Source: an uncultured Actinomycetota bacterium
Lineage (GTDB): Bacteria; Actinomycetota; Actinomycetes; Streptosporangiales; Streptosporangiaceae
Reading direction: 5' to 3'
DNA length: 64,000 bases
Assembly: GCA_963744575.1 (NCBI GenBank)
Contig: CAVUUF010000004.1
Span: 52,972-116,971 of the forward strand
The notes beneath the pieces are model-generated. The model did no database searches, was not told the DNA's origin, and worked only from the letters and a program-made list of their open reading frames with translations. The position numbers and the translations under genes are program-made. This document shows positions 60,616 to 64,000 of this stretch, in pieces; position 1 is the first letter of the stretch; every line of letters begins with the position of its first letter.

Positions 60616-60623
60616 GGAGGCTG

Positions 60624-61814
60624 GTGAATCTTGAAGCTGATCGCGTGGCCGACCTGGCGGCCCGACCGCTCAGCGCGCTGACCAGGCGCGACGTGGCGCT
60701 GGCGCTTCTCACCGTGCCGGCGGCGGAGGCGCTCGCCTCGCTGCCCGGCATCCGGCGGGGGATGCTCGCGGCCGGCAACCCGCTGTCCGCGGTGTTCTGG
60801 TCGTCGGCGGAGGCCATCCTGCACAAGATCGCCGACGGCGACGCCACCGTCGGGGACGTCAGGACGTGGCTGGAAGCCACCGGGACCGAGCCGAAGGGGA
60901 TGATCGGCCTGCACGTGTGGGACGAGCAGTCCGAGCGCAGCCAGCTCGCCGCGGAGATGCACACCCGCCTGGTCAGCCACCTGGAAGAGCGGCTGGCGGC
61001 GGGCGAGATCGACCCCGATCTGCTGGTGGCGGCCGATCCGGCCGCCTGCCGGGCCTACATCGAGCTGCAGGAGCGGTGGATGACCTCGCCGCTGCCCGAC
61101 GGCCGGGTCCCGATGGACGCGCTGCTCGACGAGGAGGACGAGGAGCTGTTCGCCGAGTGGGACGCCGCCGACGCCGAGGCGCTGGCCGCGATCCGGGCCG
61201 TGCTCGACCGGGTGGGCGACCGCCAGCGGCCGTCCGAGGAACTGGCCCGCGCCGCCGCGCGGCTGCGCCAGGACATCTCCCGGCCCGGCTGGCCGGGCCG
61301 GCTGCTCAAGGCGTGCAGCGGGCTGCGCCCCAAGCGGCTGCCCGCCGACGACACCGAGCTGTGGCTCCGGGTGGCGACGGGCGTGGCGTCCCCGGCGGAA
61401 CCCGACCTGGGCCGGCCCGGTGGTGACGAGCTGGAAAGCCAGCTGGCCGCCATCTGCGCCATCGATCACTTCGACTGGCTGGCGGTGATCACCGCGCTGG
61501 CCGAAGGAGGGCCGGGCACCGCCGCGTCGGCCGCCGACCTGGCCGGGTACGTGCGCGATTATGACCCGGAGGACACCGCCGGCGCGGACGACGCGGACGA
61601 CGGGCCCGACCAGGACGATGACGACTATGTGTTCCTCGACGAGGACGACGAATTCGACGACCTCACCATGGAGAGCATGTTCCTGCCGGTCACCTCGCTG
61701 TGGCGGGTAATCGGCGCGATCGACGACGACGAGCGGCTGACCCGGCTGGGCTGGTGGGGCCTGCCCGAGGCCATGCTCCGCGTCTGGGCCCCGACGGGCG
61801 GCGCGCCAGCCTAG
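60624..61814 (+). CDS. Acidic hypothetical protein (396 aa)
   Basis: GTG 60624 lies 5 nt after GGGAGG. Codon bias is consistent across the ORF, and there is an Asp/Glu-rich stretch (DDADDGPDQDDDDYVFLDEDDEFDD). I recognise no family. Confidence 0.55.
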   Translation: MNLEADRVADLAARPLSALTRRDVALALLTVPAAEALASLPGIRRGMLAAGNPLSAVFWSSAEAILHKIADGDATVGDVRTWLEATGTEPKGMIGLHVWDEQSERSQLAAEMHTRLVSHLEERLAAGEIDPDLLVAADPAACRAYIELQERWMTSPLPDGRVPMDALLDEEDEELFAEWDAADAEALAAIRAVLDRVGDRQRPSEELARAAARLRQDISRPGWPGRLLKACSGLRPKRLPADDTELWLRVATGVASPAEPDLGRPGGDELESQLAAICAIDHFDWLAVITALAEGGPGTAASAADLAGYVRDYDPEDTAGADDADDGPDQDDDDYVFLDEDDEFDDLTMESMFLPVTSLWRVIGAIDDDERLTRLGWWGLPEAMLRVWAPTGGAPA

Positions 61815-62692
61815 AGCTGCCCGAGCGCCGGAGGCTCACCGGGGCCTTCGGCTTCGTCCGCGGCGAGCCGCTGGTAGCCGGGGCCCAGCACTTCGGCCAG
61901 GTCCTTCCCCCTGACCCGCACCGGCGGCGGCGGGAACATGCGCAGCAGCAGGTCGGGGGCGGCGGAGTCAGGCGCCGCGACCAGCGCCCGCAGCCGGGCC
62001 GGGCTCAGCCCGGGCGCCCAGAACGTCTCCAGGCATTCGGCCAGCGGGCGGGCCGGGACGTCCAGGACGTCCGGCCCGGATCCGGGGCCGGGGTCCGCCT
62101 GGCCCCGGATCCGGCGCAGCGCCGCGAGCAGGTCGTCGCGGCCCTGGCCGCGCCAGGCCAGCATGCCGAACGGGTCCCGGTCGAACTCCTCGGCCAGCAC
62201 GTAGCAGACCGCGGCCAGGTGCTTGCACGGCACGCCCCAGTCCGGGCAGCTGCAGTGCATGTCCAGGTCCGCGGCCGACCGGGGGAACAGCGGCGTGCCG
62301 CACTCGGCGAAGACCTCCTCGATCTCGTGCGGCATCTCGCCCGCGAGCAGCTTGGCCCGGAACAGCGCCTGGCTGGCCAGGCGGTCCTGGACCCGCCGCC
62401 ACTGGGCGGTGGTGAGCGGCAGCACGCCGATCCGGACCTGATAGGGCCGCACCCGCGAGCCCTGCACCCGGGCGGTGACCTTCCCCTGGGACAGCTTGAA
62501 GTCGAGCACCTGCCCGGCCCGGGCGTAGCTGCGGCCGCGGGCCAGCCGGCCGCTCATGCCGTACGACTCGAGCACGCCGATGAACCGCCGCGACCACCAC
62601 TGCTCGCCGATGGCGCCGCGCTTGCTCCTGGCCTTGATCCCGCCGTCGACCCGGATCGGGCGCGAAGGAGGCGGCCAGTGCTCCCAGCTCAT
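61811..62692 (-). CDS. SWIM zinc-finger protein (Rv2102-like partner of HelZ)
   Basis: MSWEHWPPP...CSCPDWGVPCKH is a CxCxnCxH SWIM motif. The ATG overlaps the SNF2 stop (ATGA). Confidence 0.85.
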   Translation of the reverse strand: MSWEHWPPPSRPIRVDGGIKARSKRGAIGEQWWSRRFIGVLESYGMSGRLARGRSYARAGQVLDFKLSQGKVTARVQGSRVRPYQVRIGVLPLTTAQWRRVQDRLASQALFRAKLLAGEMPHEIEEVFAECGTPLFPRSAADLDMHCSCPDWGVPCKHLAAVCYVLAEEFDRDPFGMLAWRGQGRDDLLAALRRIRGQADPGPGSGPDVLDVPARPLAECLETFWAPGLSPARLRALVAAPDSAAPDLLLRMFPPPPVRVRGKDLAEVLGPGYQRLAADEAEGPGEPPALGQL

Positions 62693-64000
62693 TGGCTCAC
62701 CGCGTCCGGGGACAGGGTCAGCACGGACCGCAGGTCGTCGACGGACAGCTCGGTGAGCCAGCTTTCCCCGGTGCCGACGATCTGCTCGGCCAGGGCCTTC
62801 TTCTCCTCGATCATGGCGTCGATCCGCTCTTCCAGGGTGCCGACGCAGACGAACTTCCGCACCTGGACGTTCCGGCGCTGGCCGATGCGGAACGCCCGGT
62901 CGGTCGCCTGGTCCTCCACGGCCGGGTTCCACCACCGGTCGACGTGGATCACGTGGCTGGCCGCGGTCAGGTTGAGACCGGTGCCGCCTGCCTTCAGCGA
63001 CAGCAGGAACAGGGCCGGCTCGTCCAGTTCGCCGAACGACGCCACCATGGCGTCGCGCTGCTTCTTGGTCGTGCCGCCGTGCAGGAACAGCACGGGGCAG
63101 CCGAGCCTGGCCGCCAGGTGCGGCTGGAGCATCCGGCCGAACTCGGCGTACTGGGTGAAGCACAGCGCCTTGTCGCCCTCGGCCACGATCTCGTCGCAGA
63201 TCTCCTCGAGCCGGGCCAGCTTGCCGGACCGCCCCGGCAGCCGCGATCCGTCGCCGAGCAGGTGCGCCGGGTGGTTGCAGACCTGCTTGAGCTTGGCCAT
63301 CGTGGCCAGCACCAGGCCACGGCGGCTGATGTCGTCGGCCGCGTCCTCGATCCGGCTGAGCATGTCGGCGACCGTGGCCTGGTACAGGCTGGCCTGCTCG
63401 GCGGTGAGGTTGCACCAGATCTTCATCTCCTGCTTGTCCGGCAGGTCGGAGATGATCGTCTTGTCCGTCTTCAGGCGGCGGAGCACGAACGGCTGGGTCA
63501 CCCGCTTGAGGGCCCGCGCCGCGTCCGGCGAGCCGTGCCGCTCGATCGGGATGGCGTACCGCTCGCGGAACTTCCCGGCCGGCCCGAGCAGGCCGGGGTT
63601 GGTGAACTCCATGATCGACCACAGCTCGGACAGCCGGTTCTCCACCGGTGTCCCGGTCAGCGCGATCCGGGCGGCGGCGGGCAGCCCGCGGACCGCCCGG
63701 GCCTGCCTGGTGGCGTGGTTCTTGATGTTCTGCGCCTCGTCGCAGACCACCCGGGCCCAGGTCACCTGGCCAAGCGCGGCCTGGTCCCTGGTGGCGACAC
63801 CGTAGCTGGTGATGACCAGGTTCGCGTCGGCCAGGGCCGCGGCCAGCGAGTCGCCGTCCAGCCGGTCCGCGCCGTGATGCACGTGTACCCGCAGGCCGGG
63901 GGTGAACCGCGCCGCCTCGCGCTGCCAGTTGCCGACCAGCGACATCGGGCACACCAGCAGCGTGGGGCCGACGTCCTCGGCACCGCGGGCCGCGATGAGC
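62689..64000 (-). CDS. helZ: SNF2-family helicase (HelZ-like); 5' end beyond the right window edge
   Basis: LLVCPMSLVGNWQRE, VVCDEAQNIKN, LTGTPVENRLSELW, and the helicase-C motifs LSLKAGGTGLNLT and WWNPAVEDQATDRAFRIGQ. The frame is open to position 64000. Confidence 0.9.
   Translation of the reverse strand, partial: LIAARGAEDVGPTLLVCPMSLVGNWQREAARFTPGLRVHVHHGADRLDGDSLAAALADANLVITSYGVATRDQAALGQVTWARVVCDEAQNIKNHATRQARAVRGLPAAARIALTGTPVENRLSELWSIMEFTNPGLLGPAGKFRERYAIPIERHGSPDAARALKRVTQPFVLRRLKTDKTIISDLPDKQEMKIWCNLTAEQASLYQATVADMLSRIEDAADDISRRGLVLATMAKLKQVCNHPAHLLGDGSRLPGRSGKLARLEEICDEIVAEGDKALCFTQYAEFGRMLQPHLAARLGCPVLFLHGGTTKKQRDAMVASFGELDEPALFLLSLKAGGTGLNLTAASHVIHVDRWWNPAVEDQATDRAFRIGQRRNVQVRKFVCVGTLEERIDAMIEEKKALAEQIVGTGESWLTELSVDDLRSVLTLSPDAVSQ

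Noticed and set aside
59258-60964. The full 568-aa ORF taken as the TnpB protein.
   Set aside because: The first 158 codons or so are Ser/Ala/Arg-rich with no TnpB homology, and they overlap the element end and the neighbouring gene start. The conserved N-terminus (RTAYRCRAYP...) begins at GTG 60490.

Overview
This is a high-GC actinobacterial chromosomal segment (GC judged by eye, not computed). Most of it is conserved core genes, in an order reminiscent of Streptomyces and Mycobacterium. From left to right: rsmI divergent from pmt, then an envelope-glycosylation neighbourhood (SigR/SigH-like ECF sigma, two further GT-C-type membrane glycosyltransferases, a membrane-anchored esterase, and a GT2-TagF fusion coupled to asnB). 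Next come an SDR, an MFS transporter, a KamA-like radical SAM enzyme, plsX and argS. These are followed by a secreted protein coupled to a receiver-less winged-helix protein, a PAS-GAF-PP2C-HATPase protein, ideR, pdxH, citA, serC, thpR, marR, DUF2530 and DUF3027. The heat/cold-shock block (groEL2 with two CIRCE operators, two csp genes) sits next to a SAM-I-riboswitch-controlled thrC-like/moaD-like operon, with otsA/otsB beyond it. The right half holds a catalytically degenerate mycosin-like S8 protein, lon with a perfect HAIR operator, lutABC, a PPTase, a decayed GMC oxidoreductase, recQ with a PRTase-like tail, serS, a solo IS605-family tnpB element, and a SWIM plus SNF2 (HelZ-like) pair. 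I found no tRNA, rRNA or CRISPR array. I did not recognise a clear multi-gene novel (for example defence) system. The candidates most worth follow-up are the degenerate mycosin-like protein, the secreted-protein/orphan winged-helix/small-membrane-protein trio, the riboswitch-controlled sulfur-carrier operon with a masked GG terminus, the RecQ-PRTase fusion, the atypical kamA-plsX spacer, and the structured element upstream of serS. One strong caveat applies: at least seven conserved genes here show frameshifts or lost stop codons. That points to assembly indel errors (or real gene decay) and must be resolved before any biological interpretation.
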